A DNA stretch of 64,000 nucleotides from Candidatus Poribacteria bacterium. GTDB lineage: Bacteria > Poribacteria > WGA-4E > WGA-3G. The translations under genes and the position numbers were made by a program. The stretch spans positions 848,046 to 912,045 of the forward strand of contig CBDHGE010000001.1 in assembly GCA_965262955.1 (NCBI GenBank), written 5' to 3'. The notes below the pieces were generated by a model. That model had not been told where the DNA came from, ran no database searches, and worked only from the letters and a program-made list of their open reading frames with translations. Below are positions 40,046 to 50,169 of the stretch, piece by piece. Numbering within the stretch: the stretch's first letter is position 1; each line of letters starts with the position of its first letter.

Positions 40046-41875
40046 ATGAATATCCGTACACAACAGACCCTCAGGTACATAGGCATCGTACTTCTCGTGA
40101 TACTTGCTATGTATCTCTATCTCGCTACAATGCTCAAAGACGCAATGAGCAGTCGCATTACCTACGAATTGGAGGTCCAAGCAGCACTCACCACAGAATT
40201 CTTCATCGAAGAACTTCCAACCGAAGATAAATTCACTTATGACGCAATAGATCCACTTGTCGATAGACTCGGAGAGATCGGTGAGGCTCGTGTGACCTTC
40301 ATCGGTAGGGATGGCACTGTCTGGGGAGATACAGAACGGGATGGGCAGGCATTGCTGGCGATGGACAACCATCTTGCACGTCCAGAGGTACAAGAGGCTC
40401 TCGAAACGGGTCGCGGAATTCGGGACCGTTATAGCAACACAACACAGACAGAATTCCGCTACTTCGCGATGCCTATATACCGAGATGTTAGCACGAAAGA
40501 CTCGCCGAATTCCAAAGGAATTTTGATTGGCATTTGCCGCGTCGCGCTTCCGATGGAAGCCGTCAATACAGCAATTGGCAACCTTCGACGGACAGCACTA
40601 ATAACGAGTATAGCGGGATTAATACTGGCAATTATGTTTAGTGTTATTAGCACCGGTGCCATCATAAAACCGATTGAAAAATTAACGCAGATGACACAAT
40701 CACTCGCTGCTGGCAACATAAACACGCGTGTGCCCGTTGATTCGAGGAATGAATTGGGGCAGCTCTCTCAGAATTTCAACTTGATGGCAGACAGAGTGCA
40801 AGAACAGATTGACAAGATTTCCGAAGAGCACCGACGTTCCGAGACTATCTTAACGAACATGGGTGAAGGTGTCCTACTCGTGAATGGTATGTCCGAGATT
40901 ACTTATGCCAATCCTACAGCCATCTCTATGTTAGAACTTCCAGACGACTATATTGGCAAAGCCTTGATCGAAATCAACAGGATTCCAGAATTACAAGCAC
41001 TGCTGAAGAAGGCAGAACAGACAGAAACTATAGCGTTCGCAGAAATCCAACTTGGCAATCTACAGGAACCGGAGGCGGAAGTCACAATCGTACCCGTTTC
41101 TGCCGGTCAAGAGTATATTATCGTTATCCATGATGTCACAAGGGAACGACAATTAGAGCGGATCCGTGCTGATTTCGTTGCGAATGTCTCGCATGAACTT
41201 CGTACCCCACTCACAACAATCCGAGGCTATGCCGAAACCTTACTGAGTGAAGATTCCGTTCGGACGAAGACAGGCGAACAGTTTCTCGTGAAGATTCTCA
41301 ATCATTCAGCCCGACTCTCAAGATTAGTCTCGGACCTATTGGAACTCTCTCGGCTTGAGTTGGGTGAGGTAGAATTGAAACGCTCGCCGTGTCATCTCAA
41401 CACTTTTCATGAACCAATTTTAGACGTATTTGAACCGCTATTAGAGGAGTCGGGATTGGTTTTAAAATGGGAGATTTCTGAAGAACTTCCAGAGGTTAAT
41501 GTAGATCAACAACTTTTCATGCAGATTTTTGTTAATCTGATTGATAACGCGATTAAATATACACCCGATGGTGGAACAATTACGGTTTCAGCAGAAACTG
41601 ACACGAGCAACGTATTTGAAGGACTCAATATAACTTCGGAAGAACTCATCCTGCATATCCAAGATACAGGCATTGGAATTCCAATGGAATCCCAGTCCCG
41701 CGTGTTTGAGCGGTTTTATCGGGTGGATAAAGGGCGCGCACAAGAAATGGGAGGCACTGGCTTAGGGCTCGCGATTGTGAAACATATTGTCCTCCGTCAC
41801 AACGGTAGGATATGGCTGGACAGCATTTTAGGGCAAGGTAGCATATTCCATGTCACCGTACCGCTATCAAGCTAA
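40046..41875 (+). CDS. sensor histidine kinase (HAMP-PAS-HisKA-HATPase, PhoR-like)
   Basis: Two transmembrane segments, HAMP, H-box HELRTPLTTIRGY, and N/G1/G2 boxes. No adjacent response regulator. Confidence 0.8.
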   Translation: MNIRTQQTLRYIGIVLLVILAMYLYLATMLKDAMSSRITYELEVQAALTTEFFIEELPTEDKFTYDAIDPLVDRLGEIGEARVTFIGRDGTVWGDTERDGQALLAMDNHLARPEVQEALETGRGIRDRYSNTTQTEFRYFAMPIYRDVSTKDSPNSKGILIGICRVALPMEAVNTAIGNLRRTALITSIAGLILAIMFSVISTGAIIKPIEKLTQMTQSLAAGNINTRVPVDSRNELGQLSQNFNLMADRVQEQIDKISEEHRRSETILTNMGEGVLLVNGMSEITYANPTAISMLELPDDYIGKALIEINRIPELQALLKKAEQTETIAFAEIQLGNLQEPEAEVTIVPVSAGQEYIIVIHDVTRERQLERIRADFVANVSHELRTPLTTIRGYAETLLSEDSVRTKTGEQFLVKILNHSARLSRLVSDLLELSRLELGEVELKRSPCHLNTFHEPILDVFEPLLEESGLVLKWEISEELPEVNVDQQLFMQIFVNLIDNAIKYTPDGGTITVSAETDTSNVFEGLNITSEELILHIQDTGIGIPMESQSRVFERFYRVDKGRAQEMGGTGLGLAIVKHIVLRHNGRIWLDSILGQGSIFHVTVPLSS

Positions 41876-42549
41876 ATTTTCCATTTTTCTTGCGTATAAG
41901 CCATTTCCCAAAAGAGGTATTCATAACGACTACTCATCAAGAAGCAGTTTTTAATCCGCTCTTTTTCAGAGGAACTATGTTCCACCGTAAGACTGTTAAG
42001 TAGTCCCCGCAGCCATTCACCGAACGAGAGAAATTCAGGCGAGGCGTACATATCAATCCACTCCTGATATAGAGGTTCTGGTGAACCACCTTGTTCGGCA
42101 AGCGTTGTCCCGATTTCGGCGTAGCCCCATTGACAGGGTAGAACACCAGCGACGAGATCCGCTAAAGTGCCGGATTCCGCTACATTGAGTAGATGTCGGG
42201 TATAGGCATGGGTTGTAGGTGCAATCGGCGCAGCTTCCATCTCAGCGGCAGAGACACCAAATTTCGCGCAATACCCACGATGCAAATCCATCTCGGTGTT
42301 CAGGGTCCCGTTGAGTAGCTGTGAAAAAATCGCCATTGTCGCCTCATCAGGGGCTTTGATAACACCGTGCGCGAACACACGACTATAGTCCAATAGGAAG
42401 AGGTAATCCTGAATCAGATAGAATTTGAACTTCTCTGTGGGGAGACTGCCATCAGCGATACCACGAACAAAAGGGTGTTTAAGGTCAGCTTCCCAGATCG
42501 GTGCGGCGGCGCGTCTGAGTTCATCGGTAAATTTTTCTGTTTGTGCCAT
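41872..42549 (-). CDS. tenA: thiaminase II / aminopyrimidine aminohydrolase (TenA family)
   Basis: TenA/PqqC helical fold pattern with Cys in GVLPCQWGY. Confidence 0.7.
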   Translation of the reverse strand: MAQTEKFTDELRRAAAPIWEADLKHPFVRGIADGSLPTEKFKFYLIQDYLFLLDYSRVFAHGVIKAPDEATMAIFSQLLNGTLNTEMDLHRGYCAKFGVSAAEMEAAPIAPTTHAYTRHLLNVAESGTLADLVAGVLPCQWGYAEIGTTLAEQGGSPEPLYQEWIDMYASPEFLSFGEWLRGLLNSLTVEHSSSEKERIKNCFLMSSRYEYLFWEMAYTQEKWKI

Positions 42550-42626
42550 ACGTATTATTGAAACTCCTTACAAATATGCTACAATCTTTGTTGTGTATCA
42601 TACCCTAACGAGAAAAGGAAGTCAAA

Positions 42627-43520
42627 ATGTTTGAAAAACTCGGAATCGTAACTAATATCTGGTCTGAAGAAGTAGATAGCGGCGCGCGCTTTGATGAACT
42701 CATGGTCGAATTCGGCGCGAATGGGTTTAAGGATATGGAGGTTCGCGAGGGTGATTACCTCCGCAACTCCGAATTTGGGGAACTGATTCAACAAATCGAA
42801 TCGGCGATGTCTGAATACACCGATGCAGAATTCAAGACGATCTGCGACGCTGTCTGGAGTGGACAGGCTCACGACACAAAGCATCCCACACTTTTTGAAG
42901 AAGTAGCATCCTTCGTCGAAAAAGCATCTGAACTCACGCTAAGCTACGCCATGGCACATCCTTGGCTTTCCCCTCCAAACGATAGGGAATCAGATACACA
43001 ACAGATTGTCAGCGCGAAGAAACTGGCGTACCTACTCTGTCCTGCGCGACCACGGCTCCGTCTCGTTGACCCCGACACCGAAGGCGAGATTGACGAAGCA
43101 GCGGCTATCGCTAACCTCAAACATTATGGCACCTTGCTACCGGACTATCCGATGATTTTTGCCGTAGAAAATGCGCGACAGACCGCTACGTTAACCTTGA
43201 AGTTAGCAGTTGAAGGTGGCACAAAACTCACGTACGACGAGACAAATACGTATCGCGGTGACGGTACAACCGAGAATGCTCCAGACGAATTCTGGAGTGC
43301 CGTCAAGATGACAGATCTTACGTCAGTGCATTTCAAACAGAAAACGGAAGCGGGTGTGCTCTCAGTAGTAGGCGGTGGGTTCGTTGATTTCCGCGCGATC
43401 GCGGATCGCCTGAAAACACAAGGCTATACCGGCGATCTGCTACTTGAAAACACACCGACTGCGCATTCATTGCAAGATGCTCTGCGGAGCCGGGAATATT
43501 TGCTTAGCGTTGAGGATTAA
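42627..43520 (+). CDS. sugar phosphate isomerase/epimerase (xylose-isomerase-like TIM barrel)
   Basis: AP-endonuclease-2 / XI-like TIM barrel pattern. Confidence 0.5.
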   Translation: MFEKLGIVTNIWSEEVDSGARFDELMVEFGANGFKDMEVREGDYLRNSEFGELIQQIESAMSEYTDAEFKTICDAVWSGQAHDTKHPTLFEEVASFVEKASELTLSYAMAHPWLSPPNDRESDTQQIVSAKKLAYLLCPARPRLRLVDPDTEGEIDEAAAIANLKHYGTLLPDYPMIFAVENARQTATLTLKLAVEGGTKLTYDETNTYRGDGTTENAPDEFWSAVKMTDLTSVHFKQKTEAGVLSVVGGGFVDFRAIADRLKTQGYTGDLLLENTPTAHSLQDALRSREYLLSVED

Positions 43521-43604
43521 CATTTTCAGCGGCGTATTGCCAGTGGGTGTAGTAATTGACGGGCGATAAATCGTCCTACTACGAACTTTATTCTATAATA
43601 CTGT

Positions 43605-44420
43605 CTACATCGCTTTAAGTTTGCCCCACGTGGTCGTTAACTTTGCTTTGGGAGAAACAGGTAATACCGCCTCTAATCCCTTGTCTCGAATCTCCTCCGT
43701 TTCGTCAAAGGTTAGTGCAACACCATTGAAAAGGGCGACATGCGTAATTGAGACAGCAAAGAAAGCACCCGGAAGTTTATTACACTCCAACAGACAACCC
43801 ATCAACAGCGCATACGCCTCCTGTGTCAAATCGTTTCCCTGGACGACCTTCACCGCTACCTCTTCGCCATCCCTGTAGATGAAGGAGTCCGCGTCCCGTG
43901 TGATGGACACAGCGACGAACTGCCACTTATCAACCTCCATTGTCCCCGCCGGGCTGATAATACTTCCGTTATCGGAGCCACCTGCTGAACTTTCTAAGCG
44001 GATTGCGCCGGGACCGGTGTCGCCGATGTCAAGGATCCACCCACCGTTCCAGCACCAGGCACCTTTGGAGATGATACCGTTGCCAGCACCCGGTGCAGCA
44101 GGATTCAGCCACGCTACCAAGGAGAAATCATTCTCCCCCACATTAACCGTATCACTGTGCGGTATCTCAAGATAGTCGTCTTTACCATCAAATTTGAGGG
44201 CTGGACCGAGGTCGCTATCTACCCATTGTGGATCCCCCTCAATTGTTCCGTCGTTGCCGTTACCAGAATGATCTTTTACAGTATTGCCCTTACCTTCATC
44301 AAACAGCCATGCGCCAGCCAGCGTGCCTAAGTCTATTTCGGCATGACTTATCGCTACTGAGATTAGCAGCATCCATATAAGGATTACGTAAACCCAACCA
44401 GAATTCGCTTTCATTTTCAT
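43605..44420 (-). CDS. secreted LamG / concanavalin-A-like lectin domain protein
   Basis: Signal peptide. LAGAWLFDEGKGNTVKDHSGNGNDG...ALKFDGKDDYLEIP is a typical Laminin_G_3 pattern. C-terminus KLTTTWGKLKAM. Confidence 0.65.
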   Translation of the reverse strand: MKMKANSGWVYVILIWMLLISVAISHAEIDLGTLAGAWLFDEGKGNTVKDHSGNGNDGTIEGDPQWVDSDLGPALKFDGKDDYLEIPHSDTVNVGENDFSLVAWLNPAAPGAGNGIISKGAWCWNGGWILDIGDTGPGAIRLESSAGGSDNGSIISPAGTMEVDKWQFVAVSITRDADSFIYRDGEEVAVKVVQGNDLTQEAYALLMGCLLECNKLPGAFFAVSITHVALFNGVALTFDETEEIRDKGLEAVLPVSPKAKLTTTWGKLKAM

Positions 44421-46510
44421 TCTCCTTTTGACAGTCGTTTAACTGTAAAACCGCTCCACGTCCAACGTTTTTTTTCTGTATAGATTACCTGAGTCAGACG
44501 TTCATCGGTGATTGTAACAGTGTACCGCTTTTCAGCGGTTTCATCTGCAGAAGTGAGGCGCAGTTTCTGGAATCTCTTTTCGCCGTTTGCAATGAGGTTA
44601 ATGTCCACGGGTGCGACAACACCGGCGTGGAAGTAACAAGTTATTTCATAAGTGCCATTGGGGAGCGTGAGTCTGAAAACGCCATCCTCTTCACTCCAGA
44701 GGTTGTCCTGATACAGAGGTCTATCCTCTACCGAGATATTGCGGACGTTTGGCACCGACATCGGGGCTTCTGTGTGCCAATATTTGAGTTCAAAACCACC
44801 GCCACCTGTTTTAAATACATCCTGAATAGATTTTGACATCCATCCGTACCGCCCATCTGTATAGCCAGTGTCCTTGTATACAGGGATATGTCCCTCAACA
44901 GTCATGCCATCGGTCGGCTGCATGTCGAAAGTGATCGTTGTGGTATCCTGCCATAACTGTGCGTCTGGTGCTACTCTCTTTCGCCGATAAAGCCGATTAT
45001 ATTTCGTTGAATGAATCACTTCGTAATCTTGGACAAGATCACCAACACCATCATACTCTGTGCGCCAGACGAGGACATAGTCTGCCGGCATCTTTCTGTT
45101 TTTGTAACGGAGCGGAAAATGATCCGTGCTTGGCTCATAGTTCTGAAGATAAGCAACACCGTTTTCCAATGCAAGATAGCCTTCTATATGCTCAAACGGA
45201 AGGACATATTTGAAATCCCACTTAGCCGAATCAGGTGTCCCTCCCCATGAACCCGGACGGCTTGCAAGGACGGTATGCGGCTCAATCACGCTCCCCGCCG
45301 AAAGTGCTTCTTTCGCGTCTCTGTCCATCAGGTAATAGGTTTGCACGTGATAGCCGAGATGCCATAATGCTAAAACAATCAAGATACCGCTAAAGGCGTA
45401 ATCGACGAATTTATGAAGACTAAACGTAAAGAACGGGAGTAGTGCGAGCAAAATGTAGATATGTATCCGATCACTAATCCACATACCACCAGAACGTAGA
45501 CTCCACGGGGATGTGAAATAGATAAACGTTAGTATGATGGTAACGAGTAAAAACACATCTGTCCGATCCAGAATTGCGGTAACATTTCCATAACCTTCGT
45601 TTTCGGATCCCTGCGAGTTACGATGGGCATTAATCTTGCGAATCCTGTCGATTACTGTGAGCAAAAAGGCAATAGCGAGCACAGCAAGGAGAAGGTTGCC
45701 TATCAGCGCGTGTGCATCCCGAAAGGAGATAATGGAACCGACGGAGAGAAAGTACTGCATCAAGCCTTCAAAGCTCCGATGAAAGCCACCACCTTCCCGT
45801 TTCACAAGATAGTAAGTTAGGAAGATTACGTATGCGGGAAGCATGGTACATAAAAAGAGGAAGATAGATTTCAACTGTGCGGATAATCGCACACGACGGG
45901 ATTCCAAGGCTTCATAAATATAGAGGAAAACGCCGAAAACGGTCAAGGATACTATGAGTAGACCGTAGGATTGAAAATGTGTAAGATAAACGACGATAAG
46001 CCACACATAAGTTATTGCCAGAGTCTTTGGGTTAAGTTTATCTTCACTCCGCCACCAGTAACCCAGTGCGAAGAAAAACAGTGAGACACTCAAGGCGAAG
46101 TTATAGAAACCCATGTGTAATAGATAGTTATAGGCAAAAATGAAACCGACCAAGCAGAAGAGCGTTTTGCCTTTCTGCACACCGTTGAGGAGGTAGAGGA
46201 GGGAGAGCGGTAGGAGTCCTATGCAGAGACTAAAGAATATCTTTTCGCAAATGAGGGGCGGAAAGACGAACATGAACGTCGACATCAATGCGTGGGACGT
46301 CCAGTTCGGAAAAAGGGTTGGGTTGCGCTCGTAGACTTCCCGCAGGATGTAGTTTTCGTGATTGTGATATACCTTTAAGACGTGTGCGTTGTGGACGTGG
46401 GCTGGTCCATCTTGGGTGCAAGCATATTTGAACAGCCAAACCGGCAAAACATGCACGACCAACAGTACAATCACGACTATCTGCTCGATAGATAACCGGC
46501 GCGCCTTCAT
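44417..46510 (-). CDS. polytopic membrane protein (GT-C-like N-terminal half) with a large extracytoplasmic C-terminal domain
   Basis: About 12 transmembrane helices followed by a ~300-aa soluble domain. Its stop overlaps the LamG gene start by 4 nt. Confidence 0.45.
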   Translation of the reverse strand: MKARRLSIEQIVVIVLLVVHVLPVWLFKYACTQDGPAHVHNAHVLKVYHNHENYILREVYERNPTLFPNWTSHALMSTFMFVFPPLICEKIFFSLCIGLLPLSLLYLLNGVQKGKTLFCLVGFIFAYNYLLHMGFYNFALSVSLFFFALGYWWRSEDKLNPKTLAITYVWLIVVYLTHFQSYGLLIVSLTVFGVFLYIYEALESRRVRLSAQLKSIFLFLCTMLPAYVIFLTYYLVKREGGGFHRSFEGLMQYFLSVGSIISFRDAHALIGNLLLAVLAIAFLLTVIDRIRKINAHRNSQGSENEGYGNVTAILDRTDVFLLVTIILTFIYFTSPWSLRSGGMWISDRIHIYILLALLPFFTFSLHKFVDYAFSGILIVLALWHLGYHVQTYYLMDRDAKEALSAGSVIEPHTVLASRPGSWGGTPDSAKWDFKYVLPFEHIEGYLALENGVAYLQNYEPSTDHFPLRYKNRKMPADYVLVWRTEYDGVGDLVQDYEVIHSTKYNRLYRRKRVAPDAQLWQDTTTITFDMQPTDGMTVEGHIPVYKDTGYTDGRYGWMSKSIQDVFKTGGGGFELKYWHTEAPMSVPNVRNISVEDRPLYQDNLWSEEDGVFRLTLPNGTYEITCYFHAGVVAPVDINLIANGEKRFQKLRLTSADETAEKRYTVTITDERLTQVIYTEKKRWTWSGFTVKRLSKGE

Positions 46511-46691
46511 AGATGCCTCGCTTTTAACGACTGCTTTTCGGGCGAATAGAACGGTAATGCTGTTATCTTACAACAACTTTATTGCGCGGTCAACAAAAAT
46601 CGCGAAGATATATCGCTCCGCTGCTGGCTCGGTTTGAAATCGTGCTAACAGCGGAACATATCGCTAACAACAAAAACTAAAACTGTGGGAC

Positions 46692-47522
46692 TTAAAATTG
46701 CTGTGTTTCTGTTTGCGTTTCACTGGCAGATTCGGTTTTTGTGTCTGTGGGTTCTTCGGGTACTGGGACTTCGCTTTCTTGGGAAGCCGCTGTTAATTGC
46801 TTAATCCGTTCACACAATTCATCCAGCAATTTCGAGGATGTTTCCGCTGCTTTCAGTTCAGCGGAAAGCTGCGTCCACTGCATTTCGCTCATATCGTTTC
46901 TGGATTCCACACTATATTTACGTTTGATGTAATCCCAGAGATTTTCCTTACTGATACCTTTTTTCTCAAGAGGTTCTGCCAGATTGTTTGCGATAGCGAA
47001 GGCGGCTTTTTGGGCATTAGCAATATTCCCACCACTCTGCGGTAACTGCTGTTGTGGTGCTGCATTACCGCTACTTGCCTTCCGATGAAGATAAAAGTTC
47101 AGGACCTCGCGGATGACCGGTACAGGTATCAATTGCTTTATTGCGTTCCGTTGCGCTTTATGGATCGCTTTGGTGAATGCGAACGGATCAGGACGGTTAC
47201 CTGCATTTTTGGCTTGCTCATACGCGCCGTAGCGAGATGAACCGGTAATTGTATCAACCGCTTTGGCAGTAGCGATCCAAGAATGCTCGCGTTCCTCGTA
47301 TTTGATCTCTTCGATTTGGATGCCGCCTCGGCGATTAGCGGCTTCGTTAATTCCTGCTAAAGTCAACCCTTCTACTGTGCGTCCACCCTGTTTGAAAGAA
47401 TAGACATAATCCTGAATCGTCTGCCCCGTCATCAACTCAATAATAGCCTGGTCGTCCACCTGATCGACGACTTCATATTCGGCAGTAACAGGGACCATTT
47501 CTTCCTTTTTTTCTTCAGCCAT
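46692..47522 (-). CDS. putative Rad52/Sak-family single-strand annealing protein
   Basis: TVEGLTLAGINEAANRRGGIQ and GSSRYGAYEQAKNAGNRPDPFAFTKAIHKAQRNAIKQ resemble the Rad52 N-terminal annealing domain. An acidic C-terminal tail follows. Confidence 0.4.
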   Translation of the reverse strand: MAEEKKEEMVPVTAEYEVVDQVDDQAIIELMTGQTIQDYVYSFKQGGRTVEGLTLAGINEAANRRGGIQIEEIKYEEREHSWIATAKAVDTITGSSRYGAYEQAKNAGNRPDPFAFTKAIHKAQRNAIKQLIPVPVIREVLNFYLHRKASSGNAAPQQQLPQSGGNIANAQKAAFAIANNLAEPLEKKGISKENLWDYIKRKYSVESRNDMSEMQWTQLSAELKAAETSSKLLDELCERIKQLTAASQESEVPVPEEPTDTKTESASETQTETQQF

Positions 47523-47903
47523 GATATCCTCCGATTCTCAAATAGGCAAAAAATTGAGATAACATATCCCTCAACATGTGTTATAAAAAAAGACTGCTTT
47601 GTTAATTATTTGCAATTCCTTTACCTTCAGGTAGTCCGTGATTCACCACACGGTTTATTATATATTTTATCCCATCATTTGTCAAGTAGAATTATTGATT
47701 TAACAGGGTTATTTAGTTTTCGATATCGCGTTTACTGTTTTCAAATTGCTCAGAAATGCGATTTTTTCTTGTTAACTGATTGTTAATCCAGAAGGCGATT
47801 TCGCTGATTTGGATTTCCTGAAAAAAGTTATAATTACGATATATATGATAACATATTTAACTAAAAAAATCAAATTAATTTTCTATTATAATGCAGAGGA
47901 AGT

Positions 47904-47999
47904 GTTGGGTTTCGCTAAGGTCTCGGAGCGTTCACCATCTTGAAAGTGCAGAGCTTTCTACCCAAATGCGCGTGATTTTCCTATTCTGCTCAACCCAAC
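47904..47999. repeat. Copy B of the inverted-repeat-bounded ~100-nt element
   Basis: 5' arm gttgggtttc, 3' arm ctcaacccaacctacgcgc. TATTATAAT lies just upstream at 47885-47893. Confidence 0.55.
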
Positions 48000-48038
48000 C
48001 TACGCGCAGAAATAATCTCAGACAGGATACCGAAAAAC

Positions 48039-48067
48039 TTGATTTTCGTTCCTAAGTTTGCTATAAT
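48039..48067 (+). promoter_or_regulatory. sigma70-type promoter with extended -10 (TTGATT -17- TGcTATAAT)
   Basis: The -10 hexamer tataat at 48062-48067 has TG at -14/-15. The ATG is at 48102. Confidence 0.45.
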
Positions 48068-48101
48068 AACCGAAAATTGAGTCTCGGAGTGTTGATGCAC
48101 A

Positions 48102-49664
48102 ATGACAGCCCCACTTCTCCACATGCAGGCGATTACCAAAGACTTTCCCGGCGTACGTGCCTTAGATAATGTCTCTTTTGAAGTTCGTCGCGGTGAAATC
48201 CATGCCCTCTGTGGGGAAAATGGTGCGGGCAAATCGACGTTGATTAAGATCCTTGGGGGTGTCTATCCATACGGAACCTATGACGGACAACTCCACATTG
48301 ATGGGATCGAACAAGAATTCCACACGGTGCGCGACGCAGAAAATGCTGGGATCGCCGTCATCCATCAGGAATTGGCACTTATTCCAGAGATGACGGTCGC
48401 TGAGAATATCTATCTCGGTAAAGAACCACAGCAATTTGGTGTTATTGACAAACAACGGCTTTATCACAACGCTGGACAACTCCTTTCGCAATTCGGGTTG
48501 ACGCTTCCGCTGGATCGTCCGGTCTATGAACTCGGTATCGGTCAGCAACAACTTGTAGAGATCGCAAAAGCCTTAGAACGTAGCTTGGAAGCCGACATTG
48601 TCTCATCTGATAACTCGCTGTTGCTTGTACTCGACGAACCGACCGCCGCTTTGACAGAAAGCGAAGTGGAAATTCTACGGCAAATTCTGACGCAACTCCG
48701 AGAAAAGGGTGTCGCCTGTATCTACATCACCCACAAACTCAAAGAGATCTTTCAAATTGCTGACCGAGTGACGGTGTTACGTGACGGCAAAGCGGTGGCA
48801 ACACAATCCATTGAATCCCCCGAATGCACCGAAGAAGCACTCATTTCGCAGATGGTTGGCAGGGAGTTAACAGCACTTTTCCCGAAACGGACTGCTGAAG
48901 ACGTCCCAAACCAAGAGACAGTAGCGCTACGGGTCGAAAACCTGAGCACTTACCCATCGGAACCACCGCGGCTTGAAGAAGTTAGTTTTGAGGTGCGACG
49001 CGGGGAAATTCTCGGTATCGCAGGTTTGATGGGTGCGGGTAGAACGGAGCTGATTAGTACTATTTTTGGGGCTTATAGCGGAAGAAGGAGTGGGGAAGTT
49101 TTCATAGACGGTGTTCCCGTTCAAATTCACTCCCCGCATCAAGCGATACAGCACGGATTGGGACTGGTCAGTGAGGATCGGAAACGCTACGGACTCATTT
49201 TAGACGTAGATGTCGTCCGCAACATGACGCTTGCGAGTCTTGGTGGGTTATCAGATATTGTGTCCTACGGTATAGTCGATGACAACGCCGCATCTCAGAA
49301 AAGCGAACAATATGTGGATTCACTTCAGATCAAAACGACCTCGCTTGATGTTCCTGTGAACCACCTCAGCGGTGGGAATCAACAGAAAGTGGTTTTGGGG
49401 AAATGGTTGATGACACATCCGAGGGTGCTATTCCTTGATGAACCGACGCGAGGCATTGATGTGGGTGCGAAAGCGGAAATCCACGCGCTGATGGCGAAGC
49501 TTGCAGAAGAGGGTGTTGCTATTGTGTTTGTATCCTCCGAACTGCCGGAGATCTTAGGTATGAGCGACCGGATTCTGGTGCTGCATGAGGGCAGAATCAC
49601 AGGTGAATTTAGCAACGTTAATCTGACCCAAGAAGATATTTTAAGGTGCGCAGCTGGGAGTTGA
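48102..49664 (+). CDS. sugar ABC transporter ATP-binding protein (tandem ABC domains, MglA/RbsA/XylG type)
   Basis: Two Walker A motifs (GENGAGKST, GLMGAGRTE), two LSGG signatures. Confidence 0.85.
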   Translation: MTAPLLHMQAITKDFPGVRALDNVSFEVRRGEIHALCGENGAGKSTLIKILGGVYPYGTYDGQLHIDGIEQEFHTVRDAENAGIAVIHQELALIPEMTVAENIYLGKEPQQFGVIDKQRLYHNAGQLLSQFGLTLPLDRPVYELGIGQQQLVEIAKALERSLEADIVSSDNSLLLVLDEPTAALTESEVEILRQILTQLREKGVACIYITHKLKEIFQIADRVTVLRDGKAVATQSIESPECTEEALISQMVGRELTALFPKRTAEDVPNQETVALRVENLSTYPSEPPRLEEVSFEVRRGEILGIAGLMGAGRTELISTIFGAYSGRRSGEVFIDGVPVQIHSPHQAIQHGLGLVSEDRKRYGLILDVDVVRNMTLASLGGLSDIVSYGIVDDNAASQKSEQYVDSLQIKTTSLDVPVNHLSGGNQQKVVLGKWLMTHPRVLFLDEPTRGIDVGAKAEIHALMAKLAEEGVAIVFVSSELPEILGMSDRILVLHEGRITGEFSNVNLTQEDILRCAAGS

Positions 49665-49671
49665 GAATCAG

Positions 49672-50169
49672 ATGGAAAATAGAAACGAAACCTTTAAAAC
49701 AGAGAGTCCTGAAGAGACGCAGGCACTCGGTGAGAAACTCGGCAAAACGCTCAAACAGGGGGATGTCATAGCACTCATTGGTGATCTCGGAACGGGCAAG
49801 ACCTGCTTGACACAAGGCATCGTCCGCGGCGTAGGTATTGCCTCCGGTGAGATCGTCAGCAGCCCATCGTATATCCTCATTAACGAATACAATGGAACAG
49901 TGCCGATTTATCACATTGATCTGTATCGACTCGAAAACAGTGAGGAGATCGCCGAACTTGGACTCAGCGAATATGTAGAAGGCGATGGGATTTGCATCAT
50001 TGAGTGGGCAGAACGGATGGCAGATGCCCTGCCTGACACTTGTGTAAAGATTCACATAAGGCTTGCAGAGACAAACCAAAACGATAGCAAAATAGACACA
50101 TCAATATCACACAGCCCTGTAGATGAAAACATCCGACACATTGAAATCCAACATCCTATATCTCGATAG
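49672..50169 (+). CDS. tsaE: tRNA t6A biosynthesis ATPase TsaE
   Basis: GDLGTGKT P-loop; YjeE family length. Confidence 0.75.
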   Translation: MENRNETFKTESPEETQALGEKLGKTLKQGDVIALIGDLGTGKTCLTQGIVRGVGIASGEIVSSPSYILINEYNGTVPIYHIDLYRLENSEEIAELGLSEYVEGDGICIIEWAERMADALPDTCVKIHIRLAETNQNDSKIDTSISHSPVDENIRHIEIQHPISR

